DNA of 61,781 bases, filler included, from Sphacelaria rigidula (GCA_964200075.2; 8 parts of 8 records of this genome joined end to end with filler, not necessarily neighbours in it), one strand, 5' to 3'; shown: positions 1 to 12,719, numbered from the whole stretch's first letter. Program-made: numbers and translations. Notes: generated from the letters alone by a model not told the origin.

Positions 1-1849
1 TGACCCGCCCCCTTTTTTTCGGAGCTGGTCAACACTTCCCCCGTTAGGCGGCCCGATAATCTGCGCTCCTTCAAAACGTTTCTCAGCCTGTTCTCGGTAG
101 CTACGTGTTCGTGCTTCCGAAACGAACTGTCCATACCCTTTGATATCGCTGTCAACATACAGTGACGAGTGGGTAACTCCCACCCCGTCAACATCTTATG
201 AAAATGTTGAATAGCAGACAAGTATACTCGTACTGTCGAGCTCCGGTTCCCGTGGCAGAAACCCTACTCGCCATGACCGTAGTGAGGGGTGTAGGTCACT
301 GCAGCCAGCTCTCCATCTTCCCCTCGTAAGAAGGCCTGCTGCCCCCGAGCTTCTCTCCATTTTGCCCATGTCTCGAATTACCCCACGTAACCCTTCTTGG
401 TACTACTACCTACGGACGCGAGAGCTAATGTTCGTGCTAGCTCTTGCCATCATGTCAGTGACCGTGTTGTTCTCCTGGTGAGATTTGAGGGGGAGAGAAA
501 ATAGGGGGCAGGAAGGTATGGTGCCAAACGGGGCGGCGCAAGTGGCGATCGTATCCTTTGTTAAGTATTATCTTCATTGATGATTGACCACAACTCATCG
601 TCTAGTCGTCTTTTCGGCAGCGGGGTTTTGGAGGTCCACGTCGAATTTAGTTTTCCCCCCGGGGACCGATGTCGCAATATTTCAAGCCCTGTTCTCCTGT
701 CAGTTGAACTTGTTCCACAGGCCATCTCGGAATTCTGTAGGCCAAGACATTGTCAATACATGGAGTGTGTTCTGCTATTGGACATCATCCAGATGTAATT
801 TCCATGCGACCCATGATTCTATTGAGAGAACCGACACGTCTGTCTCGAACCCCCACATTGGTTCACCCACGATACTGCTGAGGCGTTGTCGTCCCGCATG
901 AGTACTGGTTCTCCTGGTTCTGTGGGTTTTCCCCTAAGAAACATCTGGTTAACGCACGCCGTCATCATCATACCGCACGATTCTACAAGATTGATGGTGA
1001 TGAAACAGTTTTCATGACGTTTTGCTTTTCGGACTAGTTCCGACGTAAAGGCGGGGGGAATGTTGTATCGCCAGAACTTCTTCAATCCTGGGCAATATCG
1101 TCCAACAGCACTGAAGCTGGCGTCCGTAAAATAGCGTCGTGAGGTTGGCCTATCTACCTGGGAAATCAGGGAGGCGCTGAGAGCTTCTCCTTGGTCAAGT
1201 AATTGATTATCGATTGCTCATTTCCGCAAAGGGATATCACGACGGAATTTCCACCCAAGCTTCAGTTGTTTTCTTTTGTCCTGTTTCCCACAACTGGCTT
1301 GATGTAGACCGGATACTCGGAACAGCTGCCAAACAAAATAATTCACCGGCTCGGACAACCTACCTAGGTGGGGTTCCATCATTTGGGTTTTGGCCACACC
1401 CAGTATGTCAGCGACGGAAGTATGCGACCTGTCCTGGGGCCATTCGCGTTACAATAACTCGCGTTTTTTTTACCATTTGGGTGGGTATAGAAATACGCAT
1501 GCTGTGAGTGTTGATCGTGTACGCCAACGCCTTCATGGTGGTATCCCAATGAGTACTTTTAGTGGGTGCGACGTCGAACGAAATTCATGATGATGCGGAC
1601 CTTGTTGGTGACAACTACTCCTAATGGACTTACTCGTAAGTGCCTAATTTCTGCGGCCGTTGATCGGTTAACAACCAAACATCCGTTCCCCCTCACGTCT
1701 TCCATTGTTTTCAGATATGTGGGGTGTGACCATCGATTCTACTGTGGTTACCGTTTTCGAGTGCTCGTCTCAAGTCTGGTGCAGTATCTGTCGTGCCTAT
1801 CGGTACACCGTGTTTGAGTATGTTCGTAAGTTTGTCTATTTTCGGGAAA

Positions 1850-2115
1850 CGGTGTTGCCGCTGAACCTTCCCGCTACGTCTCCGAGGTTGCTGTTGTACA
1901 GTCTCATTAATTCTGTGTATATCGTTGCCATTTCTTCAACGTTCGTAAAATCGACTGTTTCCGGGAAACGTTCTACTACTCCTAAATGGTGTTGGACTTC
2001 ACGGAGGTTCATCGGCGGTGACACCAGAGTGCCGCCGAGCCTTCCCACGACGTCTCCAAGGTTGCTGTTGTACAGTCTCATTAATTCTGTGCTTGTCGTT
2101 GCCATTTCTTCATGT
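1850..2115. repeat. Internal duplication (~90 bp, 180-bp period) in the DIRS coding region
   Basis: EEMATxxTELMRLYNSNLGDV occurs twice in ORF 1836..2222; aggttgctgttgtacagtctcattaattctgtg occurs at ~1885 and ~2060. Confidence 0.85.
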
Positions 2116-2209
2116 GTTCGTAATCTGGCTCCAATAATGTTTTCGTGTATGTATTGTGACCCTGCGCGAGACGTTGAAGACGTCGACCCGTCATTTATTT
2201 CTATCCTAC

Positions 2210-2812
2210 TCGGGGTTGACAAGGAATTGTCCTCGTTTCTTTTTCTCTCCAGGTACTAGTACGCGCTTCGATTGATTCATTTGAGTCTGCACTTGGCGCG
2301 CACTATTATTCGAGTTTGTCCCGACTGTTGACGCGGGGTGACAAGGGAATGACCTCGTTTCTTCTCTCTGCGGGCACTAGTACGCGCTTCGGTTGATCCA
2401 ATATGTGACTGCACTCGGCTTGTACTAATACTCGAATCTGTTCCGACTGTTGACGCGGGGTGACAAGGAATTGTCCTCGTTTCTTCTTCTCTCCGGGTAG
2501 TAGTATGCGCTTCGATTGGCCCATTCTGGGTCTGCAATCGGCTTGTACTAATACTCGAATCTGTCCCGACTTCAGACGGGAGGTGACAATGAACTATCCT
2601 CGCTTCTTCTTCTCTCCGGGTACTGATACGCGCTTCGATTGACCCATTCTGGGTCTGCACTCGGCTTGTACTAATACTCTGAATCTGTCCCGACGTTAGA
2701 CGGGAGGTGACAAGGAATTGTCCTCGTTTCTTCTCTCCGGGTAGTAGTATGCGCTTCGATTGGCCCATTCTGGGTCTGCAATCGGCTTGTACTAATACCC
2801 GGGTTTGTCCTA
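2210..2812. repeat. Tandem minisatellite, ~5 copies of a ~122-bp unit, inside the DIRS element
   Basis: The anchor gacaaggaattgtcctcgtttc and its variants recur at ~2218, 2340, 2462, 2585 and 2709. Confidence 0.9.
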
Positions 2813-5289
2813 ACAAGAACGCTTATCGAGAGATGGTGATGAAGTGTTGTTGATTTTCCTACCCGATTTATGGCACATCGTACACACGGCTTTTTTTTTT
2901 TTCGTTTTTAGGCTGCTATCTTCCTGGTTTTCACGTCGGTTGGGGTTGGATTATCACTGTGTTTTCGGAGTTGGGCAGGGTCGTACGGGGCAGTTGATTG
3001 GATCCCGCCAGTTGATGTGTTGCTGCCGATTTTAGAGGCACGACATGGTCTTTTCGTCAATGTTTCAAGCAATGTGTTCTACCTACTGGCCTATCTGCCT
3101 TCCAGGTCGGATCCATGTTTCGGGGCGGTGAACCTGCGGGCACGATGTGGGGAGGGACGGGTTGTATCGATCTGTAATTGTACCGCTATGCTTCCTTACA
3201 TTGCTACGGTACTCATGCGAGAGCCTACCCTGAACGATTGACGAAGCCTGCTATCCTCACTATATACGACCGTATTTTTTAAACTTGCTGCGTCAGTAAT
3301 TCTAGCCTCACCGTGAAAGAAATGAGGAGGCACCGACCCAGGTAGAGGTGCGCCAACAACGTATTTCTATCCCCGTCCTATAGTTAGTACCACGACACTA
3401 CAGGATAGAACTGTGGGCACGAATCACATTGCTGATTTCAGAGGTGACCCATCTGTTCAATATACCCAGCTGGTGACGATTTTTGACAGTGTCGCGAGAC
3501 TTGTGTATCGATCGTGACCCTACAACAGTACGGCAGTTCACACTGCCCCCTTCGCAGATCAAGCCGTCTTCGCAGGGTTTCAACGCTCCACCTTATCATA
3601 TTAGCTACAGAACAGGGATGATGGGCCTGGGCCCGAGGCGTCTTTTTCGTTGCGGAAATTCAAAGCATCCCCCACATCATGAAATTTTTTCAACTTCGAC
3701 AGGACGGCACTGCGTGCCGACTACTGTTTTTCGGAACACAATATCAGAACAGCAGCTCAGGCAATTCCGTCGGAGATTTTTTTTTTTTGGCACGGTCTGG
3801 ATACACCACAGTTATGGGGATTTATGAAGGCCTTATCAACCAAAAATCCGTTCACCACGAAAAATTAAATGAACGCGGAGGGATATTGAAGATGGCATGG
3901 ACTGTTCGGACCTCTGCCGAACCTCTGCCGAGCATAACACATGCTCTATCCCAAGTTATCTGGGTTTAGTATGCGATAGCTGTTTTGTTTTATTTTCGCG
4001 CAGTTCTCGAGACAGGAAGCAAACCGGCCTGTGGCGCTAAACAGACCCCCGTACACACCTTGGATCTATTCAGTATGGCGGCGGAGTTGCTCAATTCGCC
4101 AGGGCGGATCCGGAAAGCCCTAGAACGTTGCAGGAAACGCGTTTTCAGTACTGTCAATGGTTAGACCGCGGGTGAACCCTACCGATCTTTCTGAATTCCA
4201 GATTTGCACCCATCTTTGGAGCGATTAACTTGCGACCACGACGGGGGTAAAACGGGGTGATATGCCCAACTGAGTCAACTACTCATGCAAATAGTACTGA
4301 GGAGTTGGGGTAGTGTGCTATCGATGGGGTGTACTTCTACTCCGGGAATACAGGCGTGCTGCGTTAGTACTTATTTCGTCGCCAGGTAGTGTAGGACCCC
4401 CGGGCCAAGTCGAGTTGTTCCAGTGATGCCCACCGATCTGCTGCGCGGGTCAGTGAACGAAGATGCGACACAACGAGCTCTTCTTCGGCCGTGCTTGATA
4501 CGAAAAGCTTCTCAATCGGCCCCTTCGCTGAGCAGCAGGGCCCGCACCTACGGCCAAGCCTCTACGCCGGTATCGCATGTTCCTCCTCCCGCCCCCCTCG
4601 CTCCCATCCTCACTGTTCCTCGACTGTATTCCTCATCAACCCCCACTGCTGAATTTTGATTTTTTGAATTTTCAAATTTGGGTTTGTTGGGTCGTTGGTG
4701 TAGTAGGCGGGTTCAACTCCCGTTGCCCTCGCACCTCCCGCGGTGGTTGCTGCTACCCCTGCTGCACCGGGTTGGGTGACATCGTGTCATGGAAACCTAT
4801 ATCTCGTGTCCCGTGGGCAGCGCAGCTCAGCCTGTTGAGGGAAGTGGCTATTGAGACGCCGATCCCGACTCTTTATCGGAGGTGCTATGTCATCTTGTGT
4901 TGTACCCAAATTAATTCGAACACGTTCGAGAACCACAACTTGTACTGTGCTTGACTGTCTTGCACCTGTGGCTGTTCGTTGCCTTGCTCACTATTGGCGA
5001 GCGCGGAGTGCATTTTGAGCTTGGGGACTGAACATAACTGAGTGAGGGTGGGCGGATGTGCATCTTGTCCTCTCACAGTGACCCCTACCATCCTGCTGTG
5101 TCATCTGCCACTCCGTGACCTGATCCTATAATTCGTCATCCGCCGACACAAACCTCAGATTTCTTCGAAATTTTACCTGTTTTGATCCAGGTGTCGTGCA
5201 TAAAAGCTGACCTATTGGGAGGTTGAAAACCCCACCTTCTCTTCACTATCACGGCAGAGGAACCTTCCTTCACAGCACCAAAACGAAAT

Positions 5290-6430
5290 GTTCATCTTGG
5301 GCAACGTTCTTCTCACAACCACGACGGTGATCCGCCTCTTTTACTACTCATCAAGGGCTTGCCGTCATATTGCACGACAAAGGATATTTATTCAACAAAG
5401 TTATGGTGGGCTTGGCCGCCCAGCAAAAGAGCACCCAACACGGGATTTTTCAATGGAAGCATGGATTTTTTCCCTTAGAATAAACCTTGGGAACCTTGAA
5501 GAGAATCGAAATATGTTGGGCAATAATGCAAATGCACTATCCGGCTGAGATGTGTGGCGTCGATCATCCCCAAAGAGGAGCATGCGCACCTCGTAGAATC
5601 CCGTGTTAACATGTGGTTCTGACAAAGAACTGAAGATCACAACTGTGCTCTTGATAAGACCTCAAAGTTGCTGTCATGAGCAAAAGCACGGTAGGTATGC
5701 GCAGGGAATACGATGATGAAATTCCTTCAGAGTGTTTTTCTCGGTATTCCTCTATGTCAACATGTGCGTCGTAAACTTCCTCACCACGGTCGAAACAAAA
5801 ATCCTAGAACGAAAGTGGGAGAAGCTGTTCCAATGTGCCCTCTCGCACCGCAAGCGCTGTACGTCTCCTCCTGTTATCTGAATATATTGCGCATACCGGG
5901 AGCGTCGAAGTACCAAGTCACCTTTGACCTCCGATGGTCTCCTGGAAAGCGGGATTCGATATCGCGGTGAAGTTGAGCGTGCTATCGGAATATTGTCCTT
6001 GTTTTGTGTATATACTTGGAACAACGAACGCACCTTCGCCCAAGTTATACGTGGTAAAATCTGAGTGCGTGTGCGGCTGGGTGTTATCCCGAGTATCATC
6101 ATGTACAGCTGCTTGCCGCCAGTACAGAAGCAAGGCAGATTGCGGTTAGGGCCATGTAGTATAGAACCCACGACCATGGAGACTTTCTTGGCATGCCTAG
6201 TCTAGTGAAACAAACACCTCTGGCGGTGGCTAAGCTGCTGGGGGCGTGGTCCACATGGCGGCTGGCATACCGTAAGCCGTGCGCTGCGGTGCGCTGTCGT
6301 ACGGTCAATGCACTCTGGGGGGAGGGACAGCGTTCGAATTTTTTATCGTCGTTCACTCTGCCGAGATCACCATAAGCTGTTGCTTGGCGCGAGATATGAA
6401 TCCACCGCGAGCAAGGGTGTTCCCGTAGAA
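5290..6430 (+). mobile_element. Decayed non-LTR retrotransposon 3' part, possibly CRE-clade (RT thumb + restriction-like endonuclease)
   Basis: Fragments ARQRIFIQQSYGGLG (~5370-5415), LGIPLC, WKAGFDIAVK, PTTMETF and ...VNAL occur in the order expected for CRE-type ORFs. The sequence is heavily frameshifted. Confidence 0.35.
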
Positions 6431-6530
6431 TATGGACCACTAAACAACTGCCCAGCCTATCTTACACGAGGCTGTTTTTGTCAGTCCTCGGTTGCGTGGG
6501 TCGCAAATGAAACAACATGTAGCCCATAGA

Positions 6531-6980
6531 CTACGAGAACGTCCTTTCTCGCGGTGGATTCATATCTCGCGCCAGGCAACAGCTTATGGTGGCCTCGGCA
6601 GAGTGAACAACGATCGAAAACTTGGACGTATGGCCCCTCACACCAGTGCACAGTGACTGCATGTCAGAAACAGCAAGCCGCAGCTCACAGCTCTTGGTAT
6701 GCCAACCGCCATGTGGACCACGCCAGCAGCAGCTAAGCCACCACCAGGCGTGTTTAGTTTCCCTTGGCATGCAAAGAAAGTCTCCATGGTCGTGGGTTCT
6801 ATACTACATAACTCCAACCGGGATCTGCACTGTTGCTGTTCTGGCAGTAAGCAGCTGTACATGATGGTCTTTGGAATAACACACAGCGGCACACGTGCTT
6901 AGATTTCACCACAAAAATGGCGATATTCTGAAAGCAGGTTCAACCTCACTGCGATACTGAACCTTATTCTCGAGGAGATC
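6531..6980 (-). mobile_element. Second, inverted copy of the same 3' segment (tail-to-tail with 5935-6430)
   Basis: The reverse complement of 6531-6620 closely matches 6341-6428. ORFs 6099..6440(-) and 6622..6864(+) end in near-identical peptides (LGM.RKSPWSWVLYY...SSCT). Confidence 0.85.
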
Positions 6981-7000
6981 CCCCATCCCCTTGCAGTATA

Positions 7001-7476
7001 CCACATGTTCTGGAACTGTCCATTTAGGCCTATTGGACCATAAAAGTGATATCGCGATAGTATCGCGATAGAAAGAAAGACAAATTTCTCTATCGCGATG
7101 GACAGGAATGGTCAGGATTGGCGTCGCGATAGCATCGCGATAGAGAGGAATGTTTTTTTTCTATCGCCATACTATCGCGATAGAAAAAAAGCCATCCCTC
7201 TCCATCGCGATGCTATCGCGATAGCATTGTTTACGACCAGAGAAAATCAAATTAAGGTAAATTGTCTGGTCCTACATATTTCTTCGTGAAAATGTTTAAT
7301 GTCGCCAGTGGTCGTTGCAAGAAACTGTGTGATCCTGTGGCAGATAGTCTCGCGATAAAAAATGCAATTTCTCACTATCGCGATGCTATCGCGATGCTAT
7401 CCGAGCAAAATTTCCCTATGGCGATGGTATCGCGATAGAGAAATTTAGGCTAAAAGGGCCGTTCCAGAATATGTAG
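7001..7476. mobile_element. MITE with ~30-bp TIRs and an internal array of ATCGCGAT palindromes
   Basis: The left end ccacatgttctggaactgtccatttaggccta matches the reverse complement of the right end, ctacatattctggaacggcccttttagccta. About a dozen (t)atcgcgat(a) motifs lie inside. Confidence 0.75.
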
Positions 7477-7636
7477 GGGTCCCTCCCCTTGTAGGCCGAT
7501 TTATTCGGTTACAATTTGAGCGGAATATTTATGTCATTTAGGTGTTTGTGCTGTCCTCTTTGTAGGGCAGAGTGTACTCATGATCATGCATGCCATAGTC
7601 ATAAGACCATTGAACTCGCATCCCTACGCCGGGTTT

Positions 7637-7736
7637 NNNNNNNNNNNNNNNNNNNNNNNNNNNNNNNNNNNNNNNNNNNNTTAATTAATTAANNNNNNNN
7701 NNNNNNNNNNNNNNNNNNNNNNNNNNNNNNNNNNNN
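7637..7736. other. Artificial contig spacer N44-TTAATTAATTAA-N44 (also 15372-15471, 23107-23206, 30842-30941, 38577-38676, 46312-46411, 54047-54146)
   Basis: Seven identical 100-bp spacers lie exactly 7,735 bp apart. The 12-mer puts stop codons in all six frames. Confidence 0.98.
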
Positions 7737-10039
7737 AGGCTTGAACCTCATCTCGAAGTTAAACCTCAATTCGTACAATTTGTTGCTAAAGAGGCACGAA
7801 GAGAGTTCCACGACAAACTCCACAACACAACGATGCAGTCCGGAGATGATCCGGAAGACTTCTTGTTTATCATGGACGGCTACCGTGATCGCCTAGATAA
7901 AAAAATGACAAGGTATACCCGACGAGCGGTACGAGGACAATATCCTCTGAGCCCTGCCTGTCGAGTACGAAAGGGTTCGTGTTGCTAGCTGCGAGAGGCG
8001 TGATTCTATTTTGGCGGATCTCCGATCCATGGTCAGCACCATGTATACCGACTATCTCTCTTGCCCAGATGCCATCAACTTGGTCGTAGGTCGCGGGGTC
8101 GCCATGCAGGCCAGTGGAAGTCGTGATAGCAAAATAAATCGCACAGTATTTTTCCGCTGCGAAGAGCGAGGCCACGTCGAAAGAAATTGCCCCGCTCGAA
8201 ACGCGGCCCAAGCACTGACAGGGGGAGACAAGAACAAGGGGACAGAAGGCAAGTGGTGCTCCTTCCACATGTCAACAACCCACAGCGACGAACAGTGTCG
8301 TTGACTGCTGCCGAGATAGCACCCCCCCGAACCGGCCAAAAGAGTGCACGGAGGCGATTATCATAAATACCGTTAGAGCTGGTTTTGTGCTGCAATACGC
8401 GACTCATTTGGGCGTTATAGCTGATGTCGGACTGCTACACGCCTCTCATGTGGGCGGAATTGCAGCAAACGAGCGCAATAGTCGAATTGCAGCCGGGTTG
8501 TCAGACGGTCTCCGGTGCACTTTTTGTGGGGGGGCTATCTCGGCATTAGTCCGTTTCTTGCAACGGCGCAACCGGCAGGCAGCAAATAACCAGCAGGCAG
8601 CAAATCTCGCGCAATGGTCAGGTTACCCACCAGTCACCGATGCACGGGAGCAGACCCCGGCCATTTCCTTCAATGCCTTAGAAGCGCTCAGAACACAAGA
8701 TCCCCGGGAAACGGACAACCTTTCGCCGTTTACTCCAACAAACCAACCCGTTGCTTCGTTTGACAGTAGTGGACTTTTCGGTGCCTTCGAAGAGACGGGC
8801 GGGACCGAGGAGGCCGGGGGTCTGGAGTTCCGGCGCAGGACTCACAACATATTTGGGGGAATCCAGGAGGCACTCCCCCAATAGTCCGTGCGCTGGCCGT
8901 AATAGACGTGGTTCATGACGTCTGGTTGATGTTTGGCTTGGGACGGAATCTGTTCTCCGTCAAGCAAGCGACACGCAACGGAGTTGTGTCTATTCTCGAA
9001 ATGAACAACCCAAGGCTGGAGGCAGACAACTTCACCGTTCCGCTGCAGGAGCTGGAGAGTGACCTGTACTTCTTTTCTCTATAAGTAAGCAGCGGCAACG
9101 ACGCGCCTGGGCTGGCTATGCAAGCTACAGACGCCGCAACGCTGTGGCATCAGCGGATGGGGCACTTGAACAGCAACAGTTCGAACCTTCTCAAAACCGT
9201 CGAAAGTATCGGGGTGGACTTCGGTGGATCTGTCCCAGACTGGAATGTTCGTGCTGTTGAGAAACGCCATCAGCTAGTCCATCCGAAGACAGCCAACAAC
9301 AAAGTGCAACGCACCTTGCAACTGGTCATGACCATGGCTGGGACCGGCGGCGTTCGGCTCGAACGACTCAGGGCAGACAAAGGGGGTGAGTTTAATGTCA
9401 GCAATTTCAGAACGTACTGCCGGCAGACAGGCATATTGCTAGAGTTTGCGAGCATCAATACACCACAACGAATCGGCCTGTCAGAACGCGTAGGGAGGGC
9501 GCTTGCAGCCTTGGTCCGGTGCATGCTTGCCGACAGCGGTTTACCGACCTTTCCCTGGGGCTAATCAATGCTCAGGATATCCTACCTTGCAAGCAGGTCA
9601 CCGCACTCCGGGCTAAAAATGCAGTATCTGCACAAGATGCTGCAGCAGAGAAAACAGGATCAAAGACATCCTCGAGTCATTGAGGCCAAGGCGTTCGTCC
9701 ACACGAATGGGGGCACTCAGAAACTCTCTCCCAAGTCAGTCGNNNNNNNNNNGATTGGTTAGCGGGGGCGCTAAACATTCACAAGGGGGCGAGCTTCTGG
9801 GGAGAATCGGCGTCATCACCAGGCGACATATGCACGACGGTGCCCCGACTCGTGGAGGGACGCTTCCGCACGATGGTCCTCCGCAGGGTGGTACACTGCC
9901 GGAGCAACTCGTGACACACCCACGGGACGGATTTGGCGAACACACGGTGACACGGCTCGCAGAACCATCGCTAACCCATTATCATCGACACTCACTTCAT
10001 GGTGACGTGTGTACGCATGGCAACCCGCGACTACAGGAA

Positions 10040-10040
10040 A

Positions 10041-10081
<41 letters not shown>

Positions 10082-10193
10082 GCATCAACATCAACATCAA
10101 CATCACCATCATTATCATCATCATTGACAACAACGACTACGAATACTACTACTGCTGCTGCTACCGCTGGTGCTGGTGCTGGTGCTGGTGCTA
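10040..10193. repeat. Compound microsatellite (AACGAC)n-(ATCAAC)n-(ATC)n-(ACT)n-(GCTGGT)n inside the copia pol region
   Basis: Directly visible; it translates as poly-T/S/AG in ORF 9680..11263. Confidence 0.9.
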
Positions 10194-11397
10194 CAAGGTT
10201 CGAGTCGGCGTGCTGGGCTGGAAGCAAGTCCCCGGTTTCGGTTGCGTCAGTTATTCCGATCTGCAGGATGCAGCATATTCGCATGATGTCGGTAATAGTT
10301 TGGGGGTACAACCTGGAGCGGTGGCAGACTGACAACAAGGTGCCGAAAATAATCAAACATAAACTAATGGGACGTTTTTTTATGACGGGCATGGAACATG
10401 TATCGTTAGTGCTGGGAATGGAGGCTGTTCGTGACCGTAATAGCAAGATAGTCAACACGAGTCACACAAATTACAACAAGTCTCTCCAGGAACGATACAA
10501 GATAGCGAACTGCAACCCGGCGTGCACTTCTGGGGCGGGACAAGCACTGCCACTGGACCAGCCGAGGGACGAAATACTCCACGAGGAGAACAAACATCGC
10601 TTCCAGCCCATCACAGGCAGTGTGATATATCTCGCTCGAGTGACCCGCTACGACATTGGATACGCCGTGAATCAACTGGCACGGGCGATGTCCAAACCGT
10701 CGAAGGCGCATGTGGCAGCTGCAAAACACTTACTTCGATATTTGGCCGGCATTACGGACCATGACATCACCTACAACCAGGGTGGTTTCCAATTGACGGC
10801 TTTTTCAGAGACGGACTCGGGCAACAACCCTGACAACGGGAAATCAACATCATCATATCTTATCTTTCGCTCGAATGGCTTCGTTAGCTTTAAGGTAGAG
10901 CTACAAGGATTAACGGCGCAATCGACGATGGAAGCAGAGCTCGTGGCCGCTGCACTCACCATGAAGGAAGACATATTTTGCTCGAATATGATGCGGGAGA
11001 TGAGATTTGGCACACGCTTTGACTCCGTTCCGGTCTATATCGACAACACTTCAACTCTCCACGTTGCAGGCAACCGAACTTACAGCTCGAGAGTCAAGCA
11101 CGTAGCTCTACGGTGCTTCTTCATTCAAGAATTAGTCAAGGAGGGAAGGATCGACATTCGTGACGTCAAAACCGAAGACCAACTCGCAGACATAGGGACC
11201 AAGTACCCCCGCAAACACAGGCACCGCCAACTCGTCAAGCTGACCAGCACATCCAAAAAATGAGTACAGCCTGGTTGTAGCTTTGAGTTTCCTTGAGTGC
11301 CGGGACGGTTGTACTGATGTGGGTGTTTGAAACTAGTACGTATTTGCATTAAGGGGGAGGGTGAAGGGTTAAGAGTTATACTTGCGTTGAGGAGGAG

Positions 11398-11740
11398 TGT
11401 TAGAAAATGAGGTTGTGGAGCCATGCTCTTCAACGCTTCGTATGGTATTGACTTTATATATACTCGTATATGTAGTGTTGGGATCGCAGGTACCGGTCAC
11501 GAAGGTTTGGTCTGATGTGGGGCGTATAATGTGGGATGGCAGCTGTGATACATGAAGCACTCTCCTCGGTTGACCGTTCAGCACGGTGGGTTGTTTGGAC
11601 TGTCTTGCCCCCGCAAGAGGCACCTTGAACATCATCTTCTGTGTACACTCCACAGCAGCTTGTCTGCTTGCTTGGCTTAAGTGCCATTGCGCCAACTCTA
11701 GCGATCACGTCATAGGGGTCATCGCGACATTTTTCTAACA
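11398..11740 (+). repeat. 3' LTR (343 bp) of the copia element, preceded by a polypurine tract
   Basis: The PPT gaggaggag (11389-11397) lies directly before TGTTAGAAAATG. The LTR ends CATTTTTCTAACA, giving TG...CA termini with a short terminal inverted repeat. Confidence 0.85.
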
Positions 11741-11871
11741 GTCATTGCTCGTTGCAAAAAAAAGTAATGACTCGAGCACGCGAGTCATGCTCGTTGTGTT
11801 TTCGAAAAGCATCTACGAGTGCACTCGTTTCGGCGAGTAATGACTCGTCCGACCTGTGGATGTTTTATATT

Positions 11872-11931
11872 TTGGATTGGATTGGATTGGATGCGATCCG
11901 ATCCGATGCGATGCGATGCGATGCGATGCGA
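11872..11931. repeat. Pentanucleotide microsatellite shifting from (GATTG)n to (GATCC)n to (GATGC)n
   Basis: Directly visible. Confidence 0.9.
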
Positions 11932-12260
11932 CTCTTAGATAGAAACGGCCACGTATCCTCACAAGCACAACCCTTCAGAGGCACAAACTTCGACACATAC
12001 CACCATCAACACACAGAACACCGCGTGCAGCACTGGCCGGTGACCACCAACACACAACATACAGTACTGACAAACACCAGACGAGTGATTTGTATTTTTC
12101 GGTTCTGGGTATAGTAATTCGTTGTCCTATCTTGCAGTTTCGGCTTGCGCTACGGCCGCGGCCGCTGCTTCTGCCGGCGTTGTGTCTTGGCGCTCCACCT
12201 GGCTTGAGGTTGAAGACATCTTTTTTAGACGCATGCTTTCAAGTTCCGAATAGAACCAAG

Positions 12261-12567
12261 GCAAACAACGTTTTCGTGAGATTGAGAGTAGAACGCTGAG
12301 TGAGAGTGGCTTCGGTCATTCGCTTGAATTTGATCATTTTTTCATTCCATGTGTGCTCTTATTTCCCCTTTATCACTAGCGTATGCTTAGAGCTACACGC
12401 CGATATCCTACTCAGGGATATCAAGGGCCTCAGTGGCAAGCTACTACAGAAAGAATATCGGGCCTTGTGGAGGGGCATTTCGGAATTGAAACGATTGATT
12501 CACTAATTGATCGCTTTTCACTCTCAATCGCATCCTCTACTCTCAATCTCACGAAAACATTGTTAGC
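12261..12567. mobile_element. Small inverted-repeat element (MITE-like)
   Basis: aacaacgttttcgtgagattgagagtaga (12264-12292) is the near-perfect reverse complement of tctactctcaatctcacgaaaacattgtt (12536-12564). Confidence 0.7.
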
Positions 12568-12719
12568 AGCAGATTGTGAGAGCGGGAACTGATTGCAACG
12601 TATACCAGGCAGTTGAGTATTTGTCACAGCTGTATGCTGAAGTGTACAGTTGCGGCCCGGAGATAAGAAACGTCAATTTGGGGTTGAGACTCAAAGTCTT
12701 ATTTCGGGCGCAAACACCA

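Larger units (their letters stand above)
90..2816 (-). mobile_element. Degenerate DIRS-order (Ngaro/DIRS-like) tyrosine-recombinase retrotransposon, internally deleted
   Basis: Minus-strand motifs occur in the canonical order. RT start SPLGVVVTNKVRIIMNF (~1580-1640); RT end KSTHWDTTMKALAYTINTHSMRISIP (~1485-1565); RNase H YFTDASF (~1113-1133), TINLVE and DDNASAVSWVNQCGG (ORF 819-1085), AEHTPCIDNVLAYRIPRW (~715-775); tyrosine recombinase N-domain STVRVYLSAIQHFHKMLTGWELPTRHCMLTAISKGMD (129-239). Stops and frameshifts are present. Element ends were not identified. Confidence 0.8.
7800..11740 (+). mobile_element. Ty1/copia LTR retrotransposon, degenerate, 5' end missing at contig edge
   Basis: Gag zinc knuckle FRCEERGHVERNC (~8152-8190) and WCSFHMSTTHSDEQC; GAG-pre-integrase LWHQRMGHLN (~9142); integrase RLRADKGGEF and PQRIGLSER; RT C-half KLMGRFFMTGMEHVSLVLGM and TRYDIGYAVNQLAR; RNase H FSETDSGNNPDNGKSTSSY, STMEAELVAA, DNTSTL and RVKHVALR. 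Frameshifts and deletions are present. Confidence 0.93.

Noticed and set aside
2210..2812. CRISPR-like array
   Set aside because: Whole ~122-bp units are homologous, there are no unique spacers and no cas genes, and the context is eukaryotic.
9680..11263. 527-aa ORF as an intact novel mucin-RT fusion protein
   Set aside because: It spans an N gap and a microsatellite, lacks YVDD and lies in a frameshifted copia element.
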